From NCBI GenBank assembly GCA_022448725.1, contig JAKUTR010000003.1, forward strand, positions 8,353 to 72,352: DNA of 64,000 nt, written 5' to 3'. Below, piece after piece: positions 1 to 9,839 of the stretch. Position numbers and translations under genes: made by a program. Each line of letters begins with the position of its first letter. Positions within the stretch are counted from its first letter, which is position 1. The notes below the pieces were generated by a model, which worked only from the letters and a program-made list of their open reading frames with translations, had not been told where the DNA came from and ran no database searches. This DNA is from SAR202 cluster bacterium (GTDB lineage: Bacteria > Chloroflexota > Dehalococcoidia > Lucifugimonadales > VXLM01).

Positions 1-849
1 CGAGATTTTCTCGACCCTCAAATGGTCCAATATGAAGGTAAGCTGAGTGAAGTTCAGAACCAGCAGGACCAACTCAGGATTTTATTAGAAGAAGCAGTAA
101 GGGATAAGGCGAAAACTGAGGTAGCTAAGCAAGAAATTGATACAGAATTAAATGACTTGCAGGCCCGGCGTGACGAAATAATACAAACCATGCGGAGAGA
201 ACTGTCCAACCAGTACGAAAAGACCCACAAGCGACTGCGTCGTGCAGATGCAGCCGCCTCCTGGAATTCACCTTCAGGGGAACCTGTAGATTACGATGCT
301 ATAAAAAGAGCAAGAAAAGATTTAGAAAGTGCGCGCCAAGAACTCAAGGCCCTTGATGCGATGGCCGAATCATCGCGACCGAAAGGAAATCGACCGCTCC
401 GGGCAGGGGACAGTGTTAGCATCCGTGGACTCAACCTCCACGGTAAGATCACATCCTTAAATCAAGCATCACAGGAGGCCGAGGTCGCTGTTGGTGAAGT
501 CAAATTCAACCTGGCACTTGAACGACTTGAACTCCAGGAACACCCGGGGCAATCCGTAACAGAATCGCCTTACCCCAGGGTCAGCTATAGTCTTGGTCCC
601 GTCTTATCCACAACAGAGCTACATATACGTGGTAAAAGAGCTGAGGAAGCTATGAGGCAAGTAGAAGAGTTCCTCAACCTGGCATTACGAGATGGCATAA
701 GTACAGTAAGGATAGTCCATGGTAAGGGTTCAGGAATTCTGAGTAGTAGTGTCGGCAAACTACTAGCAGATAACCCAATGATCAAATCATACGGTTTTGC
801 CGAACCGAACAACGGCGGCACAGGAGTCACCGTCGTTGAACTCAACTGA
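1..849 (+). CDS. mutS2: Endonuclease MutS2, C-terminal portion (5' end lies left of the window)
   Basis: Frame 1 is open from nt 1 (RDFLDPQ precedes the first ATG at 22). A charged coiled-coil segment is followed by a C-terminal Smr domain (ELHIRGKRAEEA...VRIVHGKGSGIL...GGTGVTVVEL). Confidence 0.85.
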   Translation, partial: RDFLDPQMVQYEGKLSEVQNQQDQLRILLEEAVRDKAKTEVAKQEIDTELNDLQARRDEIIQTMRRELSNQYEKTHKRLRRADAAASWNSPSGEPVDYDAIKRARKDLESARQELKALDAMAESSRPKGNRPLRAGDSVSIRGLNLHGKITSLNQASQEAEVAVGEVKFNLALERLELQEHPGQSVTESPYPRVSYSLGPVLSTTELHIRGKRAEEAMRQVEEFLNLALRDGISTVRIVHGKGSGILSSSVGKLLADNPMIKSYGFAEPNNGGTGVTVVELN

Positions 850-853
850 TGTG

Positions 854-1435
854 ATGTTACGACTGTTTCTAGTATGGCCACCTTTCGCTTTGTTCCTTCT
901 CACTACGTGTGGTGAGATCGAGATCCCGGTAACGAACTCTTCAGCCAAACCATCTACAACTGCACCACCAATCGAAACTGAAACGCCCACAGCGTCCGAA
1001 CAATTTACCGTAGAAAATGACGGGGGAGCTAACCCATTAGTGACTATTGGCAACGTCCGGTTTAGAGCTGAACTAGCTTCCGAAGCGTCTTCACGTCAAA
1101 AGGGTTTGTCAGATCGAGACTATCTGGAACCTGGTACTGGTATGCTCTTCATTTTCGAAGACAGAAATGCTAGTCCATTCTGGATGTTCAATATGCGGTT
1201 CCCTCTTGACTTTGTCTGGATATCCGCTCAATGCGTCGTTGTCGATATCACCCATAGCGTTCCTTCACCCTCAGCAGACATCCCTGTAAAAGATCTGGAG
1301 TTGTACGCTCCTCAGTATCCCGCTGCATATAACTTCGAGATAAACAGCGGAGAGGCAAAGCAATTTGATCTCAAACTAGGAGAAAAAGTTACCTTCAGCG
1401 GGATACCTCAACATATCGGCGAAACATGCAAGTAA
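854..1435 (+). CDS. DUF192-family lipoprotein
   Basis: Start trimmed to ATG 854, because the track start at 797 overlaps mutS2. MLRLFLVWPPFALFLLTTCG looks like a lipoprotein signal with a lipobox Cys. The C-terminal half has a DUF192-like pattern (GMLFIF...PFWMFNMRFPLDFVWI). Confidence 0.7.
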   Translation: MLRLFLVWPPFALFLLTTCGEIEIPVTNSSAKPSTTAPPIETETPTASEQFTVENDGGANPLVTIGNVRFRAELASEASSRQKGLSDRDYLEPGTGMLFIFEDRNASPFWMFNMRFPLDFVWISAQCVVVDITHSVPSPSADIPVKDLELYAPQYPAAYNFEINSGEAKQFDLKLGEKVTFSGIPQHIGETCK

Positions 1436-1461
1436 AGGCGACGCAGCATGCTGAAACGTCT

Positions 1462-2325
1462 TCAGATCTCCAACGACATCAATTCCTCAGAATAAACCAA
1501 CTCACCCTCAAAATTGGCTTTCGCCTGTCCAATGCCTTTTTCCATGACTCCATGAGTGTCTAGATTCTTGCCAACGTGGGATAGAACAAGTTTCTTGACC
1601 CCAGCATCTTGGGCAAGACGCGCAGCACTGATTGTTCCCATGACTCCATGTTGCTCCCCACCTCTTAACATCGATTCCTCTTCATCCCAACACATAGCAA
1701 ACATAACATCTGCCCCCTGGGCAAGTTCACGAACTGACTCACATGGTTCCGTATCTCCTGTAAAAACAACACTCCCCTCGTCGGTGTCTATACGATAGGC
1801 TAAAGAATCTAGGTATGGCTGAACATGTACAGCATCTGCTCCCGAAATCTCCCAGTTTTTACCTGAGAATATCTTGCCAGATTTAATATCTTTCGCACTT
1901 ACTTCGGGAGGCAAGCGAGGTGGACTACCCCCACGGTTCACATAAACCTGTTGGCTCGCTGGATGATTTACACGAGCAATCCAGTCATGTGCAAAGGCGC
2001 CATCATGTTCGTCCATAATGCGATGAGTCAACTGCTCTGTGAGAGTCGGACCAAATACCTGTAACAGATTCTCCTTTCCAATACTCTGATCCCAACGAGT
2101 CAGAAGAAAACAGGGGTAGTCAACATCGTGGTCAAAATGGTGGTGTGTGAAAAACAAGTAATCGATTTCTGTAGGCCACAGACCAGCTTTTACGAGTTTG
2201 TGGGTCGTGGCAGGACCACAATCGATCATTATTTTCTCCCCGCCGATCTCCAAAACAAACGATGATCCATACCGAGTTGGCGTAGGAGTTGGTGTGCCAG
2301 CACCAAGAATGTGAATACGTGCCAT
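1462..2325 (-). CDS. MBL-fold metallo-hydrolase
   Basis: Start trimmed to MARIHILGAG (ATG at 2325, SD-like GGGGTAAG upstream). Zinc motif FTHHHFDHD, with later Asp/His ligands (FTGDTE, LSHV). Confidence 0.8.
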   Translation of the reverse strand: MARIHILGAGTPTPTPTRYGSSFVLEIGGEKIMIDCGPATTHKLVKAGLWPTEIDYLFFTHHHFDHDVDYPCFLLTRWDQSIGKENLLQVFGPTLTEQLTHRIMDEHDGAFAHDWIARVNHPASQQVYVNRGGSPPRLPPEVSAKDIKSGKIFSGKNWEISGADAVHVQPYLDSLAYRIDTDEGSVVFTGDTEPCESVRELAQGADVMFAMCWDEEESMLRGGEQHGVMGTISAARLAQDAGVKKLVLSHVGKNLDTHGVMEKGIGQAKANFEGELVYSEELMSLEI

Positions 2326-2433
2326 TATCTTACCCCAATACAAACAAATCCCAGTGTAACAGGCAGTCTCTAGAAACGTATAATTAAACCGATGACCTAC
2401 CCTCTTTCGAGACATGATCCAGAAGAGCACTCC

Positions 2434-3342
2434 ATGATTCGGCCATTCGATTGGGGCAACCTCAATGTTTGGACAGCGCTCTACAATGATGCCAACGGAG
2501 TCTCCGGGTCCCCCGGGGCTCATGATTTGGCTTCCATGAAGAAGTTCCTATCCCAACCGAGACTCGACGCAACTAATAATTGCTACATGGCTTACTCAAA
2601 AACCGGGCCGATAGGTTACTTAATCGTCTGGCCAGAGAAAGGGATTGATCGCGTAGTTGCAGAAATCGTTACGGCTTGTTCGGATAGTTCAAGAATTACA
2701 CATGAGAAATCGCTAATTAACACCGCGATCAACCGACTAATCAGTTTAGGATGCCAATCCTTGCACATTCAGTCTCTGGAACAAGACCGCCCTCGGAGAG
2801 AGCTACTAATAGAATCAGGTTTCAGAGAAGTACAGCTCTACAACACTATGAGTTGGTCCGGGTATGAAGTTCCTCCACTTAAACTACCCACAGGTGTTGG
2901 GGTGAGATCCTTCATACAGGGGACTGATGAACTCGAGTTGACGAAACTGCAAAACGATACCTTTGGTGATAGTTGGGGGTTTTGTCCGAACACGATTAAA
3001 GAGATAAGAGCCCGTGTGGACCTCAGAGATACGGTCCCTGATGGCATACTCTTTTTAACGGAGGAGGGTAAATCCATCAGCTACAATTGGACAACAAAAC
3101 AGGCCGGGCCTAGCGGAACTTTAGGTAAGATCGCAATGACCGGTGTGCATCCACGAGGACGCGGTCGGGGGTTATTCCTCCCAACTGTGATCGCTGGAAT
3201 GCGCTACCTTGTATCCGAGGGGATTAGCACAATCACGCTAGAGAGCAACGAATCAAACTCCAGCGCCCAGCAAGTCTACACATCACTAGGTTTTCAACGT
3301 ATAACCAGAACCATATGGTATGAGTTGGAAACCCCATCGTGA
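2434..3342 (+). CDS. Two-domain GNAT-family N-acetyltransferase (MshD-like architecture)
   Basis: Two tandem acetyltransferase-like halves. The second half has the acetyl-CoA motif A pattern (VHPRGRGRGLF). The start is ambiguous (2392 or 2434); 2434 leaves a 108-bp divergent spacer. Confidence 0.6.
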   Translation: MIRPFDWGNLNVWTALYNDANGVSGSPGAHDLASMKKFLSQPRLDATNNCYMAYSKTGPIGYLIVWPEKGIDRVVAEIVTACSDSSRITHEKSLINTAINRLISLGCQSLHIQSLEQDRPRRELLIESGFREVQLYNTMSWSGYEVPPLKLPTGVGVRSFIQGTDELELTKLQNDTFGDSWGFCPNTIKEIRARVDLRDTVPDGILFLTEEGKSISYNWTTKQAGPSGTLGKIAMTGVHPRGRGRGLFLPTVIAGMRYLVSEGISTITLESNESNSSAQQVYTSLGFQRITRTIWYELETPS

Positions 3343-3425
3343 ACTTGCCATCCCCGCGTTGACGCTCCCAAATCGGTTCAGTACAATCGCCGCGTCATTT
3401 GAGAATCCCGTAGGAGAGGTATTTC

Positions 3426-4286
3426 ATGGGCATCCAAGTAGCCGGATCGACATTCGCGTTTGGAAAAATCGGACTCGAGGAGTCCTGCAAGATTATGCAG
3501 GAAATGGGCTTCGACATCGTCGACGTGGGTGGTTGTGGCATGAGCACTTTTACGGACTACGTACCACAATGGTTCTTTAATAACCTTGATGACACGACTG
3601 GTGAGGCAGACAACATACGTCGAACCACCGAAAAGTATGGGCTCCAGGTTGCTGAACTGTTCTGTTGCGACTTTGGCGTTAATATCAACGATCCAGATCC
3701 CTCAAAGCGTGAAGAAAGCCAAAGAACGTACGAAAAGGTAGCGAAGATTGCTGCCGCCTCTGGTTGTAACAGCATCATGATGCTACCGGGAATGATTGCT
3801 GAAGACCAAGGCCAAACGTTCGATCAAGCATTTGAGATCTCGGTCAATGAATATAATCGCATGGTTGAGGTTGCTGAAGGACTAGGAATTCATTGCAACA
3901 TCGAGTGCTGTATATTCTCTATAGGCTGGCAGCCTGAGAATGCAATTAGGCTGTGCCAGGAAGTCCCTGGCCTAGCATTGACACTGGACTATGCACACCA
4001 GACTCAACTTAGTCTTACAGCGGATGACATTGAACCAATGCACGATTACGCGCGTCATTTTCAGGCTAAGCAATCAGCGCCTGACGCCTTCCAAGCTAAG
4101 CCAGATGAAGGCTGGATTGATTTTGAACGCATGATTAGCAAGATGCATGCGGACAATTACGATGGAATAATTTCCGTCGAGTTCGTGTCCGCGCCCGATG
4201 TGATTGAAGCAGGCTGGGATATACGGAAAGAGTCTGCCCGCCTGAAGGAAATTCTTGACGATGCAGTAGCAAAGGTTCAGGGCTAA
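3426..4286 (+). CDS. Sugar phosphate isomerase/epimerase (xylose isomerase-like TIM barrel) family protein
   Basis: The 286-aa ORF has the length and block pattern of this family. SD GGAGAGG lies 6 nt upstream of the ATG. It is the first gene of a co-directional array. Confidence 0.6.
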   Translation: MGIQVAGSTFAFGKIGLEESCKIMQEMGFDIVDVGGCGMSTFTDYVPQWFFNNLDDTTGEADNIRRTTEKYGLQVAELFCCDFGVNINDPDPSKREESQRTYEKVAKIAAASGCNSIMMLPGMIAEDQGQTFDQAFEISVNEYNRMVEVAEGLGIHCNIECCIFSIGWQPENAIRLCQEVPGLALTLDYAHQTQLSLTADDIEPMHDYARHFQAKQSAPDAFQAKPDEGWIDFERMISKMHADNYDGIISVEFVSAPDVIEAGWDIRKESARLKEILDDAVAKVQG

Positions 4287-4312
4287 TCGCGCCCACAAAC
4301 TCGGAGGCAATA

Positions 4313-5200
4313 ATGAATGTAGAGATTCGTGATGATCGGTTCCGCGATGTGGTGGGCGACGACGCTCCGGTGGAGGAGGTTGCTGGCGGCTTTGAATTCA
4401 CCGAAGGGGCCATGTGGCACCATGTGGAGAACCACCTGATATTTAGTGATATGCCCGGCAATATTATGAGGAAATGGACTCCTGAAAATGGAATCGAGAC
4501 TTTCCGTCAGCCGAGCAACATGGCAAATGGGAACTACTATGACAAGCAGGGGCGTCTCGTAACCTGTGAACATGCAACTAGTCGTCTAACACGCACGGAA
4601 CTGGATGGCTCGATCACTATTTTAGCCACACATTACGATGGCAAAGAATTGAATAGTCCCAACGATGTCATTGTTAAGAGTGACGGCACAATCTACTTCA
4701 CTGATCCAAGCTTTGGGAGGATGGATTACTACGGAGTCCCACGCGACCAAGATTTAGCTTTCCGAGGCGTATACAAGCTAGATCCAGGCACTGGAGATTT
4801 GACCCTGCTTGCCGACGATTTCGATCAGCCGAATGGCCTCACCCTATCATTGGACGAAGAACTCCTTTTCGTAAACGACACAATGCGAGCGCATATTAGA
4901 GTCTTTGATGTAAATGAAGATGGAAGCGTTTCCAATGGCAGAGAGTGGGCTACGGTGGTTGGTGATCGCGATGGCCTAGCTGACGGCATGAAAATCGACT
5001 CTGGTGGCAACCTGTACTGCACCGGCCCTGGCGGTGTTCAAGTCTTCGCCGATGACGCAACTTGCCTCGGTGTCATCTACGTGCCCCAAGGTGTTACCAA
5101 CTTCACTTGGGGGGATGACGATCTTAGAACCCTCTACATTGACGCTGGAACTTCACTCTATAGGACCAGAGTGAAAGTGGAAGGCCGGGAGTTATTTTAG
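4313..5200 (+). CDS. SMP-30/gluconolactonase/LRE-family lactonase
   Basis: Beta-propeller lactonase blocks are present (NSPNDVIVKSDGTIYFTDP, PNGLTLSLDEELLFVNDT, ADGMKIDSGGNLY). SD GGAGG lies 5 nt upstream. Confidence 0.85.
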   Translation: MNVEIRDDRFRDVVGDDAPVEEVAGGFEFTEGAMWHHVENHLIFSDMPGNIMRKWTPENGIETFRQPSNMANGNYYDKQGRLVTCEHATSRLTRTELDGSITILATHYDGKELNSPNDVIVKSDGTIYFTDPSFGRMDYYGVPRDQDLAFRGVYKLDPGTGDLTLLADDFDQPNGLTLSLDEELLFVNDTMRAHIRVFDVNEDGSVSNGREWATVVGDRDGLADGMKIDSGGNLYCTGPGGVQVFADDATCLGVIYVPQGVTNFTWGDDDLRTLYIDAGTSLYRTRVKVEGRELF

Positions 5201-5247
5201 CCTCTATTATGAACTGGTAATGTCCCATGGGAGAAGAGGCCAACCAG

Positions 5248-6096
5248 ATGCTATTTACAGACACGCATGTCCGGTTTTTTAACACCTTTGGCTTCCTGAA
5301 ATTACCGGGACTGTTTGCGAATGAGATTGAACAAATTGACACTGCATTTACAGAAGTTTGGGATCTATTTGGGGGTGGTCATGCTGGAGAGTCGCACGAC
5401 AATAGACAACGATCGATGCTCGTGCCATTTATTGACCAAAGCCAGTATCTCAGTAGTTTGATTGATGACCCTCGCATACATAGTATCCCGGCGAAGATTT
5501 TGGGCGATGATTACAATTACATGTTCTCTGACGGCAACTTTTTCGTCGGCCCGACACATTGGCATTCAGATCGATACTATGACAAACCCTATAACTCACT
5601 GAAGGTAGCGTTCTACCTAGACCCTGTTACCAAAGAGTCAGGCTGCTTACGTGTCATCCCTGGCACTCATAACGTCGGTGACACGTTTGGCAACGAGGTC
5701 CAGGAAGCAATGCCCCACTCTGAACGCCCCTATCACCAAGAGTTATGGGGTCTTACAGGAACAGATATCCCGTCGATTCCTTTGGAAAGCGAGCCCGGGG
5801 ATGTGCTCGTATTCAACCACAAAATCAAACATGCTGCCTATGGTGGCAGTAGCACCCGTCGCATGTTCACTATCGGATTCCAGGAGCGGCACCCGGAACA
5901 TGATCTAGAAAGATTACGGGAAGAGTTATCAGACCTCGTACGGTTCTGGCATCCCCGCGCGTACGGAGAAACCATGATAGAAACGGCCAGCCCATCCCGA
6001 ATGCGCCATCTTGAACAGCGGCTTAGCCTCGATGGCCACATGGCTGCACTTGTCCAGAAGGCTCAGAATGAGATGAGTGAACCAAGCCGCGGGTAA
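5248..6096 (+). CDS. Phytanoyl-CoA dioxygenase (PhyH) family Fe(II)/2OG oxygenase, canonical HxD triad
   Basis: HWHSD...KIKHAAYGG...R pattern. ATG 5248 was chosen because it has an SD-like GGAGAAGAGG upstream and its N-terminus MLFTDTHVRFFNTFGFL parallels paralog 13748. The alternative start is 5227. Confidence 0.8.
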   Translation: MLFTDTHVRFFNTFGFLKLPGLFANEIEQIDTAFTEVWDLFGGGHAGESHDNRQRSMLVPFIDQSQYLSSLIDDPRIHSIPAKILGDDYNYMFSDGNFFVGPTHWHSDRYYDKPYNSLKVAFYLDPVTKESGCLRVIPGTHNVGDTFGNEVQEAMPHSERPYHQELWGLTGTDIPSIPLESEPGDVLVFNHKIKHAAYGGSSTRRMFTIGFQERHPEHDLERLREELSDLVRFWHPRAYGETMIETASPSRMRHLEQRLSLDGHMAALVQKAQNEMSEPSRG

Positions 6097-6190
6097 GCGC
6101 CAAGGTCTATAGCATACCGCCACCCCCTTTAGGGTTGCGTTATCTCGTTGTAAAGATTAGGTTTTACTAACTACTCTCAAGGAGAACTAG

Positions 6191-6523
6191 ATGATCTCTC
6201 TTAACGTATACCTAACACCAAAGAATGGGCATGAGGATGCACTTGAGAAAGCCATCAAAGAGGTTTGGCTTACTGCAATGGTAAAACAACCCGGCTTCGT
6301 TAGCGCGACATTAAACACCCCTTTTTCAGACGCAGATCTTGAAGCTTTGGAAGCTTCTAAGCCATCGTATGTGTATGAAATGGTTTCATATTGGGCCACT
6401 GAAGAAGAGCGTGTTGCTTGGGTAGCTCGAGATATCCACCAAGAGGTTTGGCCTCAGGTAACCGACCAAGTGTCGGACGTGAGTTACACATTGTTCGACT
6501 GCAACACCACTTGGAGCATGTAG
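6191..6523 (+). CDS. ABM-domain (antibiotic biosynthesis monooxygenase-like) small alpha+beta barrel protein
   Basis: 110 aa, with SD AAGGAG 6 nt upstream. The size and pattern fit ABM/Dabb-type proteins. The family call is tentative. Confidence 0.55.
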   Translation: MISLNVYLTPKNGHEDALEKAIKEVWLTAMVKQPGFVSATLNTPFSDADLEALEASKPSYVYEMVSYWATEEERVAWVARDIHQEVWPQVTDQVSDVSYTLFDCNTTWSM

Positions 6524-6546
6524 TAGTAGGGCCTTGGGAGAATATT

Positions 6547-7665
6547 ATGACAACTGGCAAAGCAGCAATTTTTGTGGAACCCTACCGATTCGAGATGGCG
6601 GAACTTCCTGTTGTCCCGATCGAGCCAGGCGGTATCCGCGTAAAGATCACTACAGGTGGAATCTGTGGTTCCGATCTCCATTTTTGGCGAGGTGAGATAG
6701 AACCGTTCGTCTCAGGTGCTCCTGGCCCAGTCATCCTTGGACATGAGATGGCCGGTTTCGTGGACCAAATGGCTTCAGATGTGGCATCCGATTCCATCGG
6801 GCAGCCATTAAAAGAAGGTGATCGAGTTGTGTTCCCTTATTTCTTCCCTTGCCATCGCTGCTATAACTGTCTACGTGGGGAATTCAACCACTGCCCAGTT
6901 CGCTTTCGATTCCGTGCATCCATCAATGAGTTCCCTTACTGTAACGGAGGTTTCTCCGAATACTACTACTTATTCCCAGGACACTTTGTTTTCAAGGTCC
7001 CGGCAGAACTATCTGATTCAGCGGTAGCCGGGGTTAATTGTGCTGTTGCACAGGTTATATATGGCTGGAGAGAAGGCGGACTTCAGATGGGAGATGATGT
7101 AGTCATCCAAGGAGCCGGTGGGCTTGGAATCAATGCCGCAGCAGCCGCGCGGCACATGGGCGCCGGGAAAGTCATCGTAATTGATGGGCAACCAGGCAGA
7201 CTGGAACTTGCAAGCCAGTCGGGAGCTGATCACACCATCGACTTGAATGAATACGATACACCCGATGCCCGGATTGAGCGCGTAAAAGAATTAACCAACG
7301 GGCGTGGTGGTGATCTGGTGATGGAGGTAGTTGGATATCCTCAGGTGGTGTCTGAGGGTATCGACATGGTTAGACGTGGTGGTACTTACATTGAAGTCGG
7401 GAATATCTGGCCCAATAGTAATGTCACTCTAGACGTTTCAAAAATCCTTTGGGGACAGGTCAAAATTGTCCCGGTGACCCATTATGACCCCTACATTTTG
7501 CCGGTTGCGATGGAATTTTTGAGCCGGACCAAGGACACTTTCCCCCTAACCAATGTGATGTCGCACAGCTTCCCATTGGAAGAAATTGGTAAGGCATTCG
7601 AACAGTCGGAGTGGTTGGGCAAAGAGGAAGGGAGTACTATCACAAGGGCATTCGTTACCCCATAG
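6547..7665 (+). CDS. Zinc-binding medium-chain alcohol/polyol dehydrogenase
   Basis: Start trimmed to MTTGKAAIF (ATG 6547, SD GGGAGAA). Catalytic Zn motif GICGSDLH...GHEMAG, structural Zn Cys cluster CHRCYNCLRGEFNHC, and Rossmann GAGGLG. Confidence 0.85.
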   Translation: MTTGKAAIFVEPYRFEMAELPVVPIEPGGIRVKITTGGICGSDLHFWRGEIEPFVSGAPGPVILGHEMAGFVDQMASDVASDSIGQPLKEGDRVVFPYFFPCHRCYNCLRGEFNHCPVRFRFRASINEFPYCNGGFSEYYYLFPGHFVFKVPAELSDSAVAGVNCAVAQVIYGWREGGLQMGDDVVIQGAGGLGINAAAAARHMGAGKVIVIDGQPGRLELASQSGADHTIDLNEYDTPDARIERVKELTNGRGGDLVMEVVGYPQVVSEGIDMVRRGGTYIEVGNIWPNSNVTLDVSKILWGQVKIVPVTHYDPYILPVAMEFLSRTKDTFPLTNVMSHSFPLEEIGKAFEQSEWLGKEEGSTITRAFVTP

Positions 7666-7739
7666 GATATGTAAATGCTCATCCAAGGACCCAATTTCTT
7701 AACTGCAATCGATAAAGCAGATCTCGAGTAACCATAACG

Positions 7740-8507
7740 ATGAGTCGGAACCAACTACCCTGGTACGTTGATTTCTTCGGTAGTGAAGACTACAAGTCCA
7801 TTTATGAGTCCCGTCTAAGCGACTACGCCTCCACCCACGAGGCTCAATTTGTCGAACGTGTTCTTGACTTAAAGCGTGGTGATAAGGTGCTTGACCTTGT
7901 TTGTGGACATGGCCGACATGCGATCCCGCTAGCAAAACACGGTATCGATGTCACCGGCCTGGATCTCAACGCTGATTATCTAGATCAAGCTCAGCGATCT
8001 GCCAAAGCTGCAGGTGTCTCGATTGAGACAGTCCACTCAGATATGCGCCAGATACCTCACACAAATGAGTTCGACGCTGTTATCAACATGTTCACTGCCT
8101 TCGGATACTTTGATACCGACGCGGAAAATGCCAAAGTACTACGCTCAGTGGCTACTGCGCTGAAACCCGGCCACCCCTTACTGATGGATCTCCTTAATCG
8201 GGAATGGGTTGTATCTAACTATATTCAAAATGAGTGGCATGACGACGGTACGGGAACTCTGTACATTGAGCACCGTGAACTCGATCTCGCGTCCAGCCGC
8301 AATCGGGTATCTTTCACAGTCGTAGAGCCCGATGGCACGAGACGAGATGTGAAAGGACACGACATCCGACTGTACACCCTCAAAGAGATCATTGATATGC
8401 TGGGTGACGCAGGATTAGAGTATGAAAAGGTATACGGAGGCTACAATAAAGAACCGTACAATATCGACACCCGCCGTATGATTTTGGTTGCGCGAAAACC
8501 CTATTAA
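7740..8507 (+). CDS. Class I SAM-dependent methyltransferase
   Basis: Motif I VLDLVCGHGRH, followed by D-loop and post-I blocks. It is the last gene of the co-directional array. Confidence 0.8.
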   Translation: MSRNQLPWYVDFFGSEDYKSIYESRLSDYASTHEAQFVERVLDLKRGDKVLDLVCGHGRHAIPLAKHGIDVTGLDLNADYLDQAQRSAKAAGVSIETVHSDMRQIPHTNEFDAVINMFTAFGYFDTDAENAKVLRSVATALKPGHPLLMDLLNREWVVSNYIQNEWHDDGTGTLYIEHRELDLASSRNRVSFTVVEPDGTRRDVKGHDIRLYTLKEIIDMLGDAGLEYEKVYGGYNKEPYNIDTRRMILVARKPY

Positions 8508-9832
8508 GCCACATCGAGCGCCATCAAATCAGCAAATGTCTCGCGCCGGCGAATTACCTTTGCCTTCCCTTCATTCACCATGACCATAGCAGGACGTGGA
8601 TTAAGATTGTAGACACTAGCCATAGACGGACTGTAAGCTCCCGAAGCTGGCATAGCTATCAAGTCTCCCGACTCAACCACTGGCATGTCAATATCCTTTG
8701 CTAAAAGGTCTCCGGATTCACAATATTTACCTGCAAGGGTTACTGTCTCAGTAGACACTGCAGAAACTCTGTTAGCAACGAGTGCCTCATAAGCCGCGTC
8801 ATAAAGTGCAGGTCTGATGTTATCGCCCATACCACCATCGAGCGATACATATTTTCTAACAGTGGGAATATCCTTGATAGCTCCAACCGTATACAGAGCG
8901 ACACCCGCTCTGCCAACAATAGATCTGCCAGGCTCTACGACCAAAGTAGGCTCGCCAAATCCGAGATCAGAGCACCTTGTTTTCATCGTAGTAGCTATAA
9001 CTTCTGCGTACGAAGCAACGTCTGGTGGCAACCTGTCCCTCAAGTACCCTATCGCAAAGCCACCCCCAGGACTGAATTCCCTCAAGTTGAGACCATCAGA
9101 CTTAAATGGCTCGAGATAGGTCAAGATAGCATCAACTGCTATGGCATAAGGCTCAAGCTCAAAAATTGGAGACCCCAAATGAAAGTGGATCCCTACAAGG
9201 TCTAGACTCGGCGTCTGTAGAACCTCTCTAATCGCTCTTGCCGCATCACCAGTCTCAATTGAAAAGCCAAATTTGCTATCCAATATCCCAGTAGTGGTCA
9301 TCACATGTGTATGGGGATCAACACTAGGCGAAAGCCGCAGCATCACATCTTGGACAACTCCACGATCTTTAGCTTTCTGACCAAGGAGGTTTAGCTCATG
9401 GAAACTGTCGATAACAATTCGACCAACGTGTTCGTCTAGTGAGTAATCTAACTCTTCCGGGGTTTTGTTGTTCCCATGAAAATAGAGGTTCGAGGCATCT
9501 GCTCCTCCTGTCACTGCAACCGCCACCTCGCCCCCAGACACCACATCCATACCTAAACCCTCTTCGGTAACTAGTCGAGCAATAGCAGGGTTGACGAATG
9601 CTTTGGAAGCATACAAAACCTTTGTATTACGGTATCGACTGGTAAATTCATCAATGAATGTGCGGCACATACCCCGCAGTGTCTTCTCATCATAGACGTA
9701 CAATGGGGAACCGTACTCCGCGACAAGATCGAGAACATCAATCCCACCTAGAGTCAAATGGTCTTTGTCATTGGAATCAGCCGTTATGGGAAAGACTGCT
9801 TGGTTTGCAAAAGTCATAAAATCTCCATCCAT
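8504..9832 (-). CDS. lysA: Diaminopimelate decarboxylase
   Basis: Typical LysA blocks (GSPLYVYDE, YASKAF with the PLP Lys, HFHLGS, GGGF, CESGD). ATG 9817 is an alternative start with SD GGAG. Confidence 0.9.
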   Translation of the reverse strand: MDGDFMTFANQAVFPITADSNDKDHLTLGGIDVLDLVAEYGSPLYVYDEKTLRGMCRTFIDEFTSRYRNTKVLYASKAFVNPAIARLVTEEGLGMDVVSGGEVAVAVTGGADASNLYFHGNNKTPEELDYSLDEHVGRIVIDSFHELNLLGQKAKDRGVVQDVMLRLSPSVDPHTHVMTTTGILDSKFGFSIETGDAARAIREVLQTPSLDLVGIHFHLGSPIFELEPYAIAVDAILTYLEPFKSDGLNLREFSPGGGFAIGYLRDRLPPDVASYAEVIATTMKTRCSDLGFGEPTLVVEPGRSIVGRAGVALYTVGAIKDIPTVRKYVSLDGGMGDNIRPALYDAAYEALVANRVSAVSTETVTLAGKYCESGDLLAKDIDMPVVESGDLIAMPASGAYSPSMASVYNLNPRPAMVMVNEGKAKVIRRRETFADLMALDVA

Positions 9833-9839
9833 ATCATGG

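Noticed and set aside
2326-2523. N-terminal extensions in the ORF track. Examples: 1462-2523, 797-853, 6418-6546, 13251-13292, 41788-41856, 58641-58679, 19292-19327.
   Set aside because: Internal starts with good SD spacing and family-typical N-termini exist. The extensions overlap neighbouring genes or promoters.
6395-6401. GCCACTG (cobalamin riboswitch B12-box core).
   Set aside because: It lies inside the ABM-protein coding sequence with none of the surrounding riboswitch helices, so it is a chance heptamer.
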